Source: an uncultured SAR86 cluster bacterium
GTDB lineage: Bacteria; Pseudomonadota; Gammaproteobacteria; Magnimaribacterales; D2472
Reading direction: 5' to 3'
DNA length: 64,000 bases
Assembly (NCBI GenBank): GCA_902556105.1
Contig: CACDUZ010000004.1
Span: forward strand, 17,727-81,726
The notes under the pieces are model-generated. The model saw only the letters and a program-made list of their open reading frames with translations. It searched no databases and was not told the DNA's origin. The position numbers were made by a program, and so were the translations under genes. Shown piece after piece: positions 39,713 to 50,790 of this stretch (position 1 is the stretch's first letter; each line of letters begins with the position of its first letter).

Positions 39713-41509
39713 ATGAAAAAGCTCTTTTTGCCAATTTTTATAATATTTTTTGTCTCTGCATATGCAGATGATTTCAGGATTGTCACCTCATCAGGAATAA
39801 CCCAAGGCTTTATTAAGAAGGGTGTAGTTAATTGGAAGGATATTCCTTATGCCAAGCCTCCAATTGACGATTTGAGATGGAAGGCACCAAGAAAGATCAA
39901 ACAGAATTCTAATTTAATAAAACGTAAGGTTAATAATTTCTGTTTGCAAAGAACATCAAATTTAGGTGGCTCCTCTCAATTTTCTAACGAATCAATCTCA
40001 GGAAGTGAAGACTGTTTATATCTTGATATTTACGCTCCATCAAAATCGTCTGAAGAATTACTTCCAGTAATGTTTTGGATTCATGGAGGAGGTAATACAT
40101 CTGGCTTAAAAGATCTATACGACTTTACTAAGTTAGTTAAAAAACATAACGTTATAGTTGTAACAATTAATTATAGACTTGGGCCATTGGGTTGGTTTAC
40201 TCATCCTGCAATTCAGAGCTTGCAAGATGGCATAGACAGGACTTCTAATTTTGGTACGTTGGATATTATCTCTGCACTTGAATGGGTAAATGAAAATATT
40301 AGTTCGTTTGGAGGAAACTCAAACAATATTACAATTTTTGGAGAGTCTGCCGGCGGGCACAATGTTTTATCTCTAATAGTTTCTAAAAAAGCAAAAGGGT
40401 TATTTCATAAAGCAATATCAATGTCAGGATACACAGAATCAATTTCTCTTGAAAACGCATATAAACAGAAAAATCAATCTCCAACCTCAAATTATTCTAC
40501 TTGGGAAGTTGTTAATAAGGTTGTTGAAGATCAATTTAATAAAAATCAACAAGACAAATATAGCAATAAAGAATTAAGAGATCTTTTATTTAGCCTTTCA
40601 GGTAAAGAATTTTATCAATATTATGCTGAAAGAAAGACCTTTGAAGAATTACCCTTATTAACAAATGACGGACTGGTCATACCAAAGATTGGTTTAAAAG
40701 AGGCACTATCAAAAAAAGAACATGTAAATAGTGTTCCAACTATAGCTGGCTCAACTCGTGATGAAGTTAAAATATGGCTAGCTTTTTCAGAATATTTTGT
40801 TGCTCTTGATTATTCTGCAACAGGCTCTTTATTCAATCTTCCAAGGGTTATTTTTAAAAATGAAGAGGCTTTTGAAGCATTCAATTATTACAGAAGTTCG
40901 GCATGGAAGATAAGAGGAGTTAATGAGCCACTTAATTCATTAGCTAAAGCTGGTAACTCGGAATTATATTCTTATAGGTTTGATTGGGATGATCGTAGAC
41001 GGTTTATTGTTGCTGACTTTAAAAAACTTTTTGGAGCAGGGCATGCCCTAGAAATACCTTTATTAACTGGAAATACAAAGTTAGTAGGCGGTCCACCCGT
41101 TTCAAATTTTATGTACCCTAAAGGCATCTCACATTTCTATACATCCAGAAATATGATGAGATTTTGGAGTAATTTTGCTAAATATGGTGAACCAGGAGCC
41201 TCTACTAATAATGTGAATTGGGAGCCTTATATTTTTGATAATAACAGTTATTCGAAATATATTGTGATAGATAAAAAAAAGAATCTTAAGATGTCATCAG
41301 ATAACACAACTCTTAAAAGTTTATCTGAAAAGATCTACATCGATGAAAGACTTAGCGAATTAGAAAAATGTGTAGTCCTTTACCAAATGTTCACGTACGT
41401 AGGGAATGATATGTATGATGAAAATATAAAAAACTATCCTGGTAAGTGTGATAGAAAAGCCTCAGAAAATTTTATTATTAATAATGCAGGCGTTGTTGAA
41501 TATGATTAG
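39713..41509 (+). CDS. Secreted type-B carboxylesterase/lipase
   Basis: Signal peptide, EDCLYLDIYAP, WIHGGG oxyanion motif, and FGESAGG nucleophile elbow. Confidence 0.85.
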   Translation: MKKLFLPIFIIFFVSAYADDFRIVTSSGITQGFIKKGVVNWKDIPYAKPPIDDLRWKAPRKIKQNSNLIKRKVNNFCLQRTSNLGGSSQFSNESISGSEDCLYLDIYAPSKSSEELLPVMFWIHGGGNTSGLKDLYDFTKLVKKHNVIVVTINYRLGPLGWFTHPAIQSLQDGIDRTSNFGTLDIISALEWVNENISSFGGNSNNITIFGESAGGHNVLSLIVSKKAKGLFHKAISMSGYTESISLENAYKQKNQSPTSNYSTWEVVNKVVEDQFNKNQQDKYSNKELRDLLFSLSGKEFYQYYAERKTFEELPLLTNDGLVIPKIGLKEALSKKEHVNSVPTIAGSTRDEVKIWLAFSEYFVALDYSATGSLFNLPRVIFKNEEAFEAFNYYRSSAWKIRGVNEPLNSLAKAGNSELYSYRFDWDDRRRFIVADFKKLFGAGHALEIPLLTGNTKLVGGPPVSNFMYPKGISHFYTSRNMMRFWSNFAKYGEPGASTNNVNWEPYIFDNNSYSKYIVIDKKKNLKMSSDNTTLKSLSEKIYIDERLSELEKCVVLYQMFTYVGNDMYDENIKNYPGKCDRKASENFIINNAGVVEYD

Positions 41510-41943
41510 CTGTTCTTTTTTGATATGTCTTTTAACTTTAAGACTTCAATATCCTTAATTTTAATTAAGTCGGCGACCCTTCTTACCAAGCGTTCTTCAT
41601 CGACGTCCAACCTTCCATCTGCATAAGCTGTTTTCCACATAAATCTTAACAGTGACAATTTCTTATCTTTCTCATAATTTTTATTTATATCTTCTATAAA
41701 TTCGAAGAAAGAAGTACTGTCTTTGCTGTAATTCTCTACTATTTTTAATATTTCAGACTTTTCTTTACCAACCTTTATAGCTATTTTTTCAATTTCTTCC
41801 ATTAACACTGATAGCTCATCATCAGTTATATCTCCATCTGATCTTGCAATTTCATATGCCAAGACAGTAGCTGTCAGTTCTACTTCAAAACCTACTTCTT
41901 CTTTATCAACTTCCTTCTTATCTTTTTTAAAAAAACTAAACAT
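41506..41943 (-). CDS. TerB-domain protein
   Basis: 145 aa from the ATG at 41943. It has two SDGxIxxxE / ADGRLDVDEE helices typical of the TerB fold. The listed longer ORF (to 42009) would lie inside the upstream gene. Confidence 0.6.
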   Translation of the reverse strand: MFSFFKKDKKEVDKEEVGFEVELTATVLAYEIARSDGDITDDELSVLMEEIEKIAIKVGKEKSEILKIVENYSKDSTSFFEFIEDINKNYEKDKKLSLLRFMWKTAYADGRLDVDEERLVRRVADLIKIKDIEVLKLKDISKKNS

Positions 41944-43003
41944 TATTTTTAATATCCTCCTCCTTTTTATCTTCATCATAGCCCGCAAAAACAAAGTATA
42001 TAAAACCATAAGTTAAAAATAGAAGCAAAGAAGTTGAAGGCGTAGTTCTGTTTTCAATATATATACCAAACAAACCAGTGATTAATGTAATTAAAAGAAT
42101 AAGAAGAAGCGTGCTTTGCGGAGAAAAATTTCTCATAAGCTTATGGTGAATATGATCTCTTCCAGGAGAACTCCAACTAATACCTCTTTTAATCCTAGAA
42201 AAAATTAAACCAATACAATCAAGAAAAGGAATCGCGACAAACCAGAGCATAGTAACGGGCTCTATATCATAAAGTTGATTCTGTGAAGCATATACAGCAC
42301 ACCATGCAACCCAAAAACCAATCAGATTTGAACCACTATCGCCTAAAAATACACCGCGTTTTTTTCCAAAAGCTCCTAAATTAAATAATACAAAACCTAT
42401 CATTGAGCCAATGATTAATACCAGCATAGAGTCATAAATTAATCCAGAATAGAATCCTATTAATAACAAGGCCAACATAGCACAACCAGAACACAAACCA
42501 TTAATGCCATCAATCATATTAAAAGCATTCATAATCCCAACTACGCAAAAAATAGTAAAAGGTATACTAAATATCCCAAGATTGATATTACCAAAACCAA
42601 ACAAATCACCCAAAGATTCTATATAGACATTTGTACTAAAGATCATATAAACAGTTAATAAGCACTGTATTAAAATTCTATAACTTGGCTTAGAACCTTT
42701 TATGTCATCAATTAAAAATAATCCAAGTAAGGGAATAGAAATAAGCATTAAATGAAAAGTGAATTCAGGAAGGTATCCTGTAAGGTCATTTAGGTCTATA
42801 TACAGTTTTCCTGATACCAAAAGAGCAATGAATATTCCTATTCCACCAGTTAGAGGAGTGGGTCTTTTATGAAATTTCCTATTTCTATCAGGAAGATCTA
42901 CAAGAAAATTATTTTGTTTAGCTAAATTTCGTAAAATAGAATTTATAGCCATAGATGCAATTATGCTTATAATTATGTAATCTAATATTATTGTTAATTC
43001 CAT
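41936..43003 (-). CDS. Polyprenyl-phosphate HexNAc-1-phosphate transferase (WecA/MraY family, initiating transferase)
   Basis: 355 aa and polytopic, with FHKRPTPLTGGIGIF, NAFNMIDGINGL and LGDSGSNLIG motifs. Confidence 0.85.
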   Translation of the reverse strand: MELTIILDYIIISIIASMAINSILRNLAKQNNFLVDLPDRNRKFHKRPTPLTGGIGIFIALLVSGKLYIDLNDLTGYLPEFTFHLMLISIPLLGLFLIDDIKGSKPSYRILIQCLLTVYMIFSTNVYIESLGDLFGFGNINLGIFSIPFTIFCVVGIMNAFNMIDGINGLCSGCAMLALLLIGFYSGLIYDSMLVLIIGSMIGFVLFNLGAFGKKRGVFLGDSGSNLIGFWVAWCAVYASQNQLYDIEPVTMLWFVAIPFLDCIGLIFSRIKRGISWSSPGRDHIHHKLMRNFSPQSTLLLILLITLITGLFGIYIENRTTPSTSLLLFLTYGFIYFVFAGYDEDKKEEDIKNNV

Positions 43004-43116
43004 TTTATTTTTTATATTAAAAAACTATGCAAAGATTATATTCAGGGCCATATAAATTAAAACCTTCCCTAATTATATATTTAATACATTGTTTTGCATT
43101 CTATTGTTTAGCATAA

Positions 43117-43872
43117 ATGGATATTACTGAATTTAACATTAATCTAGATATAGCAAAGGAAGCTGCTAAAGATTCAGGAAAATTATTATTAAAAAATAAG
43201 AAAGAGTTAAACAAGAGTCTGAAATCAAATAACAAAGATACAAAACTTATAGCAGATTTAAAGGCTGAAAATTTAATAAAAGAAATTATTGTAAAAAAAT
43301 CTAAATATCCAATTTTAGCCGAGGAGAGTGGAAAATCTGTTGAAGATTTAGGTGACACTTTTTGGGTAATTGATCCTCTAGACGGTACTGCAAATTATAG
43401 TAGAGGGATACCAATGTGCTGCGTTTCAATAGGCTTAGTTAAAAATATGAAGCCACTACTAGGAGTCGTATATGACTTCAATAACAAGGATATGTATGTT
43501 GGAAATAGCCTCACAAAAATTTCTACTCTTAATAATAATAAAATTATTGTTTCAGATTTTAAAAAAAAGAGCGATGGGGTTTTGGTAACAGGATTGCCTG
43601 TTAATAGTGACTACTCAAATACGTCCTTAGAAAAAATTATATATGATATGCAATCATGGAAAAAAATAAGGATGATTGGATCAGCGGCAATGGCCTCTTG
43701 CTATATTGCAAGTGGAAAAGCTGAAATGTATAAAGAAAAAGGAGTATATCTTTGGGATATTCTAGCAGGTGCTGCAATAGTAGAGTCAGCAGGTGGCATC
43801 GCTGATATTTCAAATATTAGAGAAAACTTTCAGGTTGATGTTGTTTTTTCAAATTCACATATAAAGGATTAG
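43117..43872 (+). CDS. Inositol monophosphatase family protein (SuhB/CysQ-like)
   Basis: ILAEESG, WVIDPLDGTANY and WDILAGAAIVESAGG motifs. Confidence 0.85.
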   Translation: MDITEFNINLDIAKEAAKDSGKLLLKNKKELNKSLKSNNKDTKLIADLKAENLIKEIIVKKSKYPILAEESGKSVEDLGDTFWVIDPLDGTANYSRGIPMCCVSIGLVKNMKPLLGVVYDFNNKDMYVGNSLTKISTLNNNKIIVSDFKKKSDGVLVTGLPVNSDYSNTSLEKIIYDMQSWKKIRMIGSAAMASCYIASGKAEMYKEKGVYLWDILAGAAIVESAGGIADISNIRENFQVDVVFSNSHIKD

Positions 43873-43875
43873 AAA

Positions 43876-45291
43876 ATGAAAGGTTTAATCTGGTTCAGGA
43901 ATGATCTGCGAATGGATGATAATCCAGCATTAAGAAATGCATGTATTGAATGTGAAGAAGTACAGGCAATTTATATTTTTTCTTCAAGGCAAAACAATTT
44001 ACACAATGAGGCTAATTGTAAAATTGAATTTTTAATAGAGAATCTTAAAATTCTAGACCAAGATTTATCTAAGATTAATATTCCTCTAACAATTATTGAT
44101 TCAACTGGATTTAAGGATAATAAAGATATTATTCTCAATCTTATAAAAGATAGATCTATAAATAAGGTTTTTTGGAATAATCAATTTGGAAATGATGAAC
44201 AAAATAGAGATGATAACGTAACAAGATCTTTAAAAAAGAATGATATTGAGTTCTCTTCTTACCATGAAAAAGTTATTTTTTCTCCAGGTTCTATTAGAAC
44301 AGCGGAAGATAAACCATATTCTGTTTTCACTCCTTTTAAAAAAAAATGGATTGAAAATTTTAATCTTGATTTATTAGATATTGAATTTAATTATCTATCA
44401 AAGAAAAAAACTCTAATAGAATCTAATATATTTGATTTTAAATTTAAATATAAACAAAATCACTCAGTTGATATGTCGATGTGGCCTCCAGGAGAGGCTC
44501 ATGCAAAAGATAGGTTGAAGTTATATCTCAGTAATAAAATTTTGAGATATTCTCAGGATCGCAATGATCCAATTGTTGATGGAACGAGCAGAATATCTCC
44601 ATATTTGGCTAATGGAATTATTTCACCCAAACGCTGCATCCTAGAAGCATTAAAGATAAATAATTTTGAACTAGATACAGGTGAAAAAGGGATTACCAAA
44701 TGGATTGATGAAATTATTTGGCGAGAATTCTATAAGAATATTATGTTTTGTTTTCCAAAGGTAAGTCAAAATAAACCCTTTCAAGATTATACAAACAATA
44801 TTGAGTGGCGTTATGAAGAGTCTGAGCTAGATGCTTGGAAGAATGGAAATACTGGATTTCCAATAATTGATTCAGCAATGAAACAATTAAAGTCAGAAGG
44901 ATGGATGCATAACAGATTAAGAATGGTTGTAGCTATGTTTTTTACAAAGAATATGTTGCATGATTGGAGACTTGGAGAAGAATTTTTTATGCAGAACCTT
45001 ATAGATGGTGATTTTTCTTCTAACAATGGTGGATGGCAATGGAGTAGTTCCACAGGCACTGATGCAGCACCATATTTCAGGATATTTAATCCACTTACTC
45101 AGTCAAAAAACTTTGATACAGAAGGCTTGTTTATAAAAAAACATCTAAAAAAACTTAAAGATGTTGATAAAAAAGAAATTCATGATCCATTAATGGAAAC
45201 TAGGAGTAACTGCAATTATCCATATCAAATTTTAGATCTTAAAGAATCAAGATTAAGGGCTATAGAAGCATTTAATAAGGCAAAAAATTAG
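43876..45291 (+). CDS. phrB: Deoxyribodipyrimidine photolyase (class I CPD type)
   Basis: LIWFRNDLRMDDNPAL N-terminus, TSRISPYLANG, and the C-terminal DGDFSSNNGGWQW..TGTDAAPYFRIFNP block. Confidence 0.9.
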   Translation: MKGLIWFRNDLRMDDNPALRNACIECEEVQAIYIFSSRQNNLHNEANCKIEFLIENLKILDQDLSKINIPLTIIDSTGFKDNKDIILNLIKDRSINKVFWNNQFGNDEQNRDDNVTRSLKKNDIEFSSYHEKVIFSPGSIRTAEDKPYSVFTPFKKKWIENFNLDLLDIEFNYLSKKKTLIESNIFDFKFKYKQNHSVDMSMWPPGEAHAKDRLKLYLSNKILRYSQDRNDPIVDGTSRISPYLANGIISPKRCILEALKINNFELDTGEKGITKWIDEIIWREFYKNIMFCFPKVSQNKPFQDYTNNIEWRYEESELDAWKNGNTGFPIIDSAMKQLKSEGWMHNRLRMVVAMFFTKNMLHDWRLGEEFFMQNLIDGDFSSNNGGWQWSSSTGTDAAPYFRIFNPLTQSKNFDTEGLFIKKHLKKLKDVDKKEIHDPLMETRSNCNYPYQILDLKESRLRAIEAFNKAKN

Positions 45292-45365
45292 CTGTTTTTT
45301 TTCTAGTTAAGAATATATCTCTTATGTATACTAAACGTAAAATTTAGGGGAATCGGAGAATTAAA

Positions 45366-47042
45366 ATGACGTATCCAAGTGACTTAGAGATTGCAAATGC
45401 TGCTAATAAAAAATCAATTGATGAAATAGCAAATTCATTGGATATAAATAGTGAAAATTTAATAAGGTTTGGTGATGATAAAGCTAAACTCTCTTCTAAC
45501 TTAATAAATTCATTATCTAAAAAAGATGACGGTAAATTAATATTAGTGACTGCAATTTCACCTACTCCAGCTGGCGAGGGAAAAACAACTACTAGTGTTG
45601 GTTTGGTTGATGGGCTCTGTAAAATAGGAAAAAAAGCAATGATTTGTCTTCGTGAGCCTAGCTTAGGACCATGTTTTGGTATGAAGGGTGGTGCTGCTGG
45701 CGGTGGTTATGCTCAAGTTATTCCTATGACTGACATTAATCTTCATTTCACTGGAGACTTTCATGCAATTGGGGCAGCTCATAATCTATTGTCTGCATTA
45801 ATAGACAATCATATACATTGGGAAAATAAACTTAATATTGACCCAAGGCGCATAACTTGGAAAAGAGTAGTTGATATGAATGATAGATCGTTAAGAGATA
45901 TTACATGTGGTTTGGGTGGAACTGGAAATGGAATTCCTCGTCAAAGCGGATACGATATTACAGTTGCATCAGAAATAATGGCAATATTTTGTTTAGCTTC
46001 AGATATAGATGATCTTCAAAAAAGGATTGGCAACATTGTTATTGGATATACTAGAAGTAATGAACCCGTAAGAGCAAAAGAGCTTAATGCTGATGGCGCA
46101 ATTACAGCATTACTTAAAGATGCTTTTCAGCCTAATTTGGTTCAAACATTAGAGAATAATCCAGCCTTTATGCATGGAGGACCATTTGCAAATATTGCAC
46201 ATGGCTGCAACTCAGTTGTATCTACAAAGACAGCATTAAAGCTTGCTGATTATGTAGTTACTGAGGCTGGTTTTGGTGCAGATTTGGGAGCAGAGAAGTT
46301 TTTCGACATAAAGTGTAGAAAATCTGGCCTCAAGCCAGATGCTGTTGTTTTAGTTGCTACCACTAAAGCACTAAAAATGCATGGAGGTGTTAAAAAAGAT
46401 GAATTAGGTTCAGAAGATGTTGATGCTGTTTTAAAAGGTTGTGAAAATTTAGGTAAACATATAGAAAATATAGGAAAGTTTGGAGTTCCAGTTGTTGTTG
46501 CAATCAATGACTATGTTTCAGATACTCAAAATGAACACGAACAAATAATTAATTTTTGTAAAAACTTAGGCGTGCAATGCAAAATATCTTCCCACTGGGA
46601 AAAAGGAGGAGAGGGGGCTACTGACCTTGCAGAGGAAGTGGCAAGAATAGCCGATTCTAATTCTTCTGACTTTAAGACTTTGTATGAGAACGAAATGTCT
46701 CTTTGGGATAAGACAGAATATATTGCAAAAAATGTTTATGGTGCATCAGAAATTATTGCAGATAAAAAAGTTAGAAATCAATTCAAAAAGCTTGAAGATG
46801 ACGGATTTGGAAGTTATCCAATATGTATGGCAAAGACACAATATAGTTTTTCAACAGATCCATTATTAATGGGTGCTCCTTCAGGACATGATGTTCCGAT
46901 AAAAGAAGTTAGATTATCTGCAGGAGCAGAATTTATTGTCGTAGTTTGTGGAGAAATTATGACGATGCCTGGGCTGCCACGAGTTCCAGCTGCAGAGGCT
47001 ATTGGATTAGACGAACATAAAGAAATTAAAGGACTTTTCTAA
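45366..47042 (+). CDS. fhs: Formate-tetrahydrofolate ligase
   Basis: 558 aa. [37 protein letters not shown] and a full-length match to the Fhs pattern. Confidence 0.95.
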   Translation: MTYPSDLEIANAANKKSIDEIANSLDINSENLIRFGDDKAKLSSNLINSLSKKDDGKLILVTAISPTPAGEGKTTTSVGLVDGLCKIGKKAMICLREPSLGPCFGMKGGAAGGGYAQVIPMTDINLHFTGDFHAIGAAHNLLSALIDNHIHWENKLNIDPRRITWKRVVDMNDRSLRDITCGLGGTGNGIPRQSGYDITVASEIMAIFCLASDIDDLQKRIGNIVIGYTRSNEPVRAKELNADGAITALLKDAFQPNLVQTLENNPAFMHGGPFANIAHGCNSVVSTKTALKLADYVVTEAGFGADLGAEKFFDIKCRKSGLKPDAVVLVATTKALKMHGGVKKDELGSEDVDAVLKGCENLGKHIENIGKFGVPVVVAINDYVSDTQNEHEQIINFCKNLGVQCKISSHWEKGGEGATDLAEEVARIADSNSSDFKTLYENEMSLWDKTEYIAKNVYGASEIIADKKVRNQFKKLEDDGFGSYPICMAKTQYSFSTDPLLMGAPSGHDVPIKEVRLSAGAEFIVVVCGEIMTMPGLPRVPAAEAIGLDEHKEIKGLF

Positions 47043-47097
47043 TTTTATAACCTAGTTGATTTTTAAGTATTTAGTTATAATTTTATAAATAAATTTG

Positions 47098-48534
47098 ATG
47101 GAGAATAGCATGAGCAATGATTTAAAATTTTATATAAATGGTGAGTGGGTTAATTCCGATTCAAGCGAACTTATTGATGTAATAAATCCTGCTAATGAAG
47201 AGACTATTGGTCAAATTACAGCAGGTACTAAGGAAGATATTAATTCTGCGGTCGATGCAGCCTCTGAAGCTTTTATATCATTTTCAAAATCATCAAAAGA
47301 AGAAAGGATCGATCTTCTAAAAAATATTATTAAAGAATACGAAAATAGATATGAAGATCTTGCTAAAGTAATTACTAAAGAAATGGGTGCCCCACAATGG
47401 TTATCAGATAAAGCACAAGCAAACACAGGATTAATAAATTTTAAAGAAACTCTAGAAGCTCTTGTGGAGTTCGAGTTTGAAAAAGAAGATGGTGGATATA
47501 CCATAAGAAAAGAAGCTATTGGAGTTATAGGAATGATAACACCATGGAATTGGCCTATGAACCAGATAACAACGAAGGTATCTGCAGCAATAGCCTGCGG
47601 ATGTACCATGGTTCTTAAGCCAAGTGAAATATCTCCATACTGTTCTATGTTACTTGCAGAAATTATGCATGATGCAGGTGTACCAAAAGGCGTATTTAAT
47701 TTGGTCAATGGATATGGGCCCATAGTTGGTGCTGCATTATCAGAGCATAAAAAAGTCGATATGATGTCATTTACAGGATCAACTAGGGCTGGAATAGCAG
47801 TTGCTCAAGCATCAGCTGAAACTGTAAAACGAGTCCAACAAGAACTTGGTGGAAAATCGGCAAATATCATATTGGACGATGTTACTGATCTAGAAAAATC
47901 TGTTAAGGGCGGTGCAGGACATTGCTTTTTAAACTCAGGTCAGTCATGCAATGCACCTACAAGGATGCTAGTTTCATCCAATAATTATGAAAAAGCAGTT
48001 GAAATTGCTGCTGCTACTGCTAATAACACAACAGTCGGCGATCCAAATGGTGAATTTAGAATGGGCCCAATATCTAATAAGACTCAATACGAAAAAGTAG
48101 TTAAAATGATCGAAATTGGCATTGAAGAGGGAGCAAGGTTGGTAGCAGGTGGAGTAGAGAAACCTGATGGTTGTGAAAAAGGATATTATGTTAAACCTAC
48201 AGTTTTTGCTGATGTGACTAATGAAATGACAATTGCTAAAGAAGAAATATTTGGCCCAGTTCTATGTCTTTTAAAATATGAAAGTGAAGAGGAGGCAATT
48301 GAAATAGCAAATGATACTGAGTTTGGCCTTGCAGGATATGTCCAAGGTGAGCTGTCTCATGCCATAGAAGTTGGAAATCAAATTAGAGCAGGCCAGATTA
48401 CTATTAATGGAGGAGCTAGAGGAAACGGCGCTCCATTTGGCGGTTACAAGTCTTCAGGAAATGGAAGAGAGCATGGTAAACATGGTCTGGAAGAGTGTCT
48501 TGAAACTAAAGCAATAATAGCACCAGCTAGCTAG
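47098..48534 (+). CDS. NAD(P)-dependent aldehyde dehydrogenase
   Basis: FTGSTRAG, ELGGKSANII and NSGQSCNAPTR (catalytic Cys) motifs. I prefer the ATG at 47098 to the TTG at 47095. Confidence 0.9.
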   Translation: MENSMSNDLKFYINGEWVNSDSSELIDVINPANEETIGQITAGTKEDINSAVDAASEAFISFSKSSKEERIDLLKNIIKEYENRYEDLAKVITKEMGAPQWLSDKAQANTGLINFKETLEALVEFEFEKEDGGYTIRKEAIGVIGMITPWNWPMNQITTKVSAAIACGCTMVLKPSEISPYCSMLLAEIMHDAGVPKGVFNLVNGYGPIVGAALSEHKKVDMMSFTGSTRAGIAVAQASAETVKRVQQELGGKSANIILDDVTDLEKSVKGGAGHCFLNSGQSCNAPTRMLVSSNNYEKAVEIAAATANNTTVGDPNGEFRMGPISNKTQYEKVVKMIEIGIEEGARLVAGGVEKPDGCEKGYYVKPTVFADVTNEMTIAKEEIFGPVLCLLKYESEEEAIEIANDTEFGLAGYVQGELSHAIEVGNQIRAGQITINGGARGNGAPFGGYKSSGNGREHGKHGLEECLETKAIIAPAS

Positions 48535-49340
48535 TCTAAAAGGTCCGGCTGCATCTTAATAATTTTATCAAATGCTGGCTGATAACTAGCCCATGCTGCA
48601 ATATCATTAGCTATAAATTCTCTTGTTTTAATAGCAGTATCATGAGGAATAATTACTGGTTTACCAGCAGCTTCAGCCATCAATTGTGCCTGACAGCATC
48701 TTTCCATTGACATATAAAACCATAGTGCAATATCTACAGATGGGCCTGTTGTCAAAATTCCATGATTCTGCATTATTGCAACTTTCTTATCCCCTAATGC
48801 TTTCGCAATTTCGTCCCCTTCATCAACTTCTTCAACAACACCTGAAAAATCTTTATAGATACCCTGATTTTCATAAAATGCACAAGCATCCTGAGAAATT
48901 GGATCCAAAAGTTTTCCAAGTGTAGAAAATGTTCTTCCATAAATTGAGTGAGAATGTGCTGCAGCATTTACATCAGGTCTTGCTTTATGTAGTCTTGAAT
49001 GGATTGCAAAAGCTGCAATATTTATATCTTTATCACCTTGAACAACTTTACCATCATGATTGACTAGTAATAGATCAGATACAGAGATTTGTGAGAAGTG
49101 AACTCCTAATGGATTTACCCAAAAATGATCAGAAAATTCTGGATCTCTATATGTGATATGACCAGCAACTCCTTCATTAAAACCAAAGTAATCAAATAAT
49201 CTAAAACCAGCTGCTAACTTTTCTAATTGATTCCTTCTTTCCTCAGCAGGACTAGCAAACTCTTGAAATACTAAACCTTTATCTTTTATAGGCAGTCTGC
49301 CATCAGTTATATCAATTTTAATTGGCGAAACATTTGACAT
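48531..49340 (-). CDS. Class II aldolase/adducin-domain protein
   Basis: 269 aa. The AAHSHS metal-binding histidines and the overall Aldolase_II pattern are present. It converges on the aldehyde dehydrogenase with a 4-nt overlap. Confidence 0.8.
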   Translation of the reverse strand: MSNVSPIKIDITDGRLPIKDKGLVFQEFASPAEERRNQLEKLAAGFRLFDYFGFNEGVAGHITYRDPEFSDHFWVNPLGVHFSQISVSDLLLVNHDGKVVQGDKDINIAAFAIHSRLHKARPDVNAAAHSHSIYGRTFSTLGKLLDPISQDACAFYENQGIYKDFSGVVEEVDEGDEIAKALGDKKVAIMQNHGILTTGPSVDIALWFYMSMERCCQAQLMAEAAGKPVIIPHDTAIKTREFIANDIAAWASYQPAFDKIIKMQPDLLD

Positions 49341-49397
49341 AGTTTTTTCTCCGAAGCTCTTTAATGTTAAAATAGCTTATCAAATAAACAATCAAAT

Positions 49398-50789
49398 ATG
49401 AAATATAGAATTGAAAAAGATAGCCTAGGTGATGTAAAAGTTCCCTCAAAGGCATTATGGGGAGCTCAAACACAAAGAGCAGTCAACAACTTTCCAATTA
49501 GCGGCATAAAAATGGATTTCCCTTTTACAAAATCTTTTGTTTCCTCATTAGGGTTAATAAAAGATGCTGCATCTAAAGCCAATTTAAAATTAAATTTAAT
49601 TTCTTCAAAAAAATCAAAAGCAATTTCCAAAGCTTCAAAAGAAGTTTGGCAAGAAAAACATCATCATGAATTTCCTATAGATGTTTTTCAAACAGGATCA
49701 GGAACAAGCTCAAATATGAATGCCAATGAGGTCATTTCTAATTTAGCAACCAAATATGCAAAAGTTAAGATTAGCGCAAATGACGATGTAAATATGAGCC
49801 AAAGCAGCAATGATGTTATTCCAACCGCGATTAAAGTTAGTGCACACATGGATTTAACAGAAAAATTATTTCCAGCCTTAGATCGATTAATTAAATCAAT
49901 TGATGATAAGGCTGATTCTTTAAAGGGAATAGTTAAAACAGGCAGAACTCATTTAATGGATGCAATGCCAATTGATTTTTCAGAAGAGCTTAAGGCTTGG
50001 TCTAGCCAGTTAAAATCTTCTAAAGAAATGTTTTGTGTCTTAGAAAAGAAATTTCTTGAACTACCTCAAGGTGGGACTGCTGTTGGCAGTGGTATTAATG
50101 CTCACAAACAATTTGCTAAACAATTTACTCAACAAATGACAAAGTTAACTGGTAATAAATATAGATATTCTCCAGCAAAGAACTTCTATCATGAACTTAG
50201 TGCGCAGGATTGCTCTGTTCAATTATCTGGAGAATTAAAGAATCTTGCTGTTATGCTTATGAAAATCTCAAATGATTTAAGATGGATGAATAGTGGGCCT
50301 TTGGCAGGTATTTCAGACATTGAGCTAAAAGCTCTTCAGCCTGGCAGCAGCATAATGCCTGGAAAAGTAAACCCTGTGATTCCTGAGGCAGTTGCTATGG
50401 CTTCTGCAGATGTAATAGGTAATGATGTTTCAATTACTGTTGCTGCTCAATCTGGCAACTTTCAGTTAAATGTAATGTTGCCTGTTATCGCTTATAACCT
50501 TCTGAAGAGCATCAACCTGCTTAGTGGTTCAATGAATGCACTATCAAAGAAAGCTATTAAAAGTTTAAAGGTAAACCATAAAAATCTAGAAGTTTCTTTA
50601 TCTAAAAATCCAATATTAGTTACTGCATTAAATTCTATAATTGGTTACGAAAAAGCAGCATTAATAGCTAAAAAAGCTTACAAAGAAAATAGGCCAATAA
50701 TTGAAGTTGCAGCTGAAGAGACTGATTTAACAAAAGCAAAACTTAAAAATTTGCTTGATCCATCAAAACTTTCTAAAGGCGGTATCTAA
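49398..50789 (+). CDS. fumC: Class II fumarate hydratase
   Basis: EKDSLGDVKVPSKALWGAQTQR N-terminus (FumC rather than AspA), TGSGTSSNMNANEV, and the GSSIMPGKVNP signature. Confidence 0.9.
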   Translation: MKYRIEKDSLGDVKVPSKALWGAQTQRAVNNFPISGIKMDFPFTKSFVSSLGLIKDAASKANLKLNLISSKKSKAISKASKEVWQEKHHHEFPIDVFQTGSGTSSNMNANEVISNLATKYAKVKISANDDVNMSQSSNDVIPTAIKVSAHMDLTEKLFPALDRLIKSIDDKADSLKGIVKTGRTHLMDAMPIDFSEELKAWSSQLKSSKEMFCVLEKKFLELPQGGTAVGSGINAHKQFAKQFTQQMTKLTGNKYRYSPAKNFYHELSAQDCSVQLSGELKNLAVMLMKISNDLRWMNSGPLAGISDIELKALQPGSSIMPGKVNPVIPEAVAMASADVIGNDVSITVAAQSGNFQLNVMLPVIAYNLLKSINLLSGSMNALSKKAIKSLKVNHKNLEVSLSKNPILVTALNSIIGYEKAALIAKKAYKENRPIIEVAAEETDLTKAKLKNLLDPSKLSKGGI

Positions 50790-50790
50790 A

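Noticed and set aside
45292-45365. A ZTP/pfl-type or other riboswitch upstream of fhs
   Set aside because: The spacer is only 74 nt and very AT-rich. It lacks the GC-rich conserved stems I would expect.
47211-47723. Long antisense ORFs inside strongly supported genes (47211-47723, 52159-52662, 16124-16543, 46250-46507, 44811-45059, 20067-20321 and the 60-90-aa minus-strand ORFs in the leg operon)
   Set aside because: Each lies fully opposite a gene with clear family motifs. Their translations are low-complexity or motif-free, so they are shadow ORFs.
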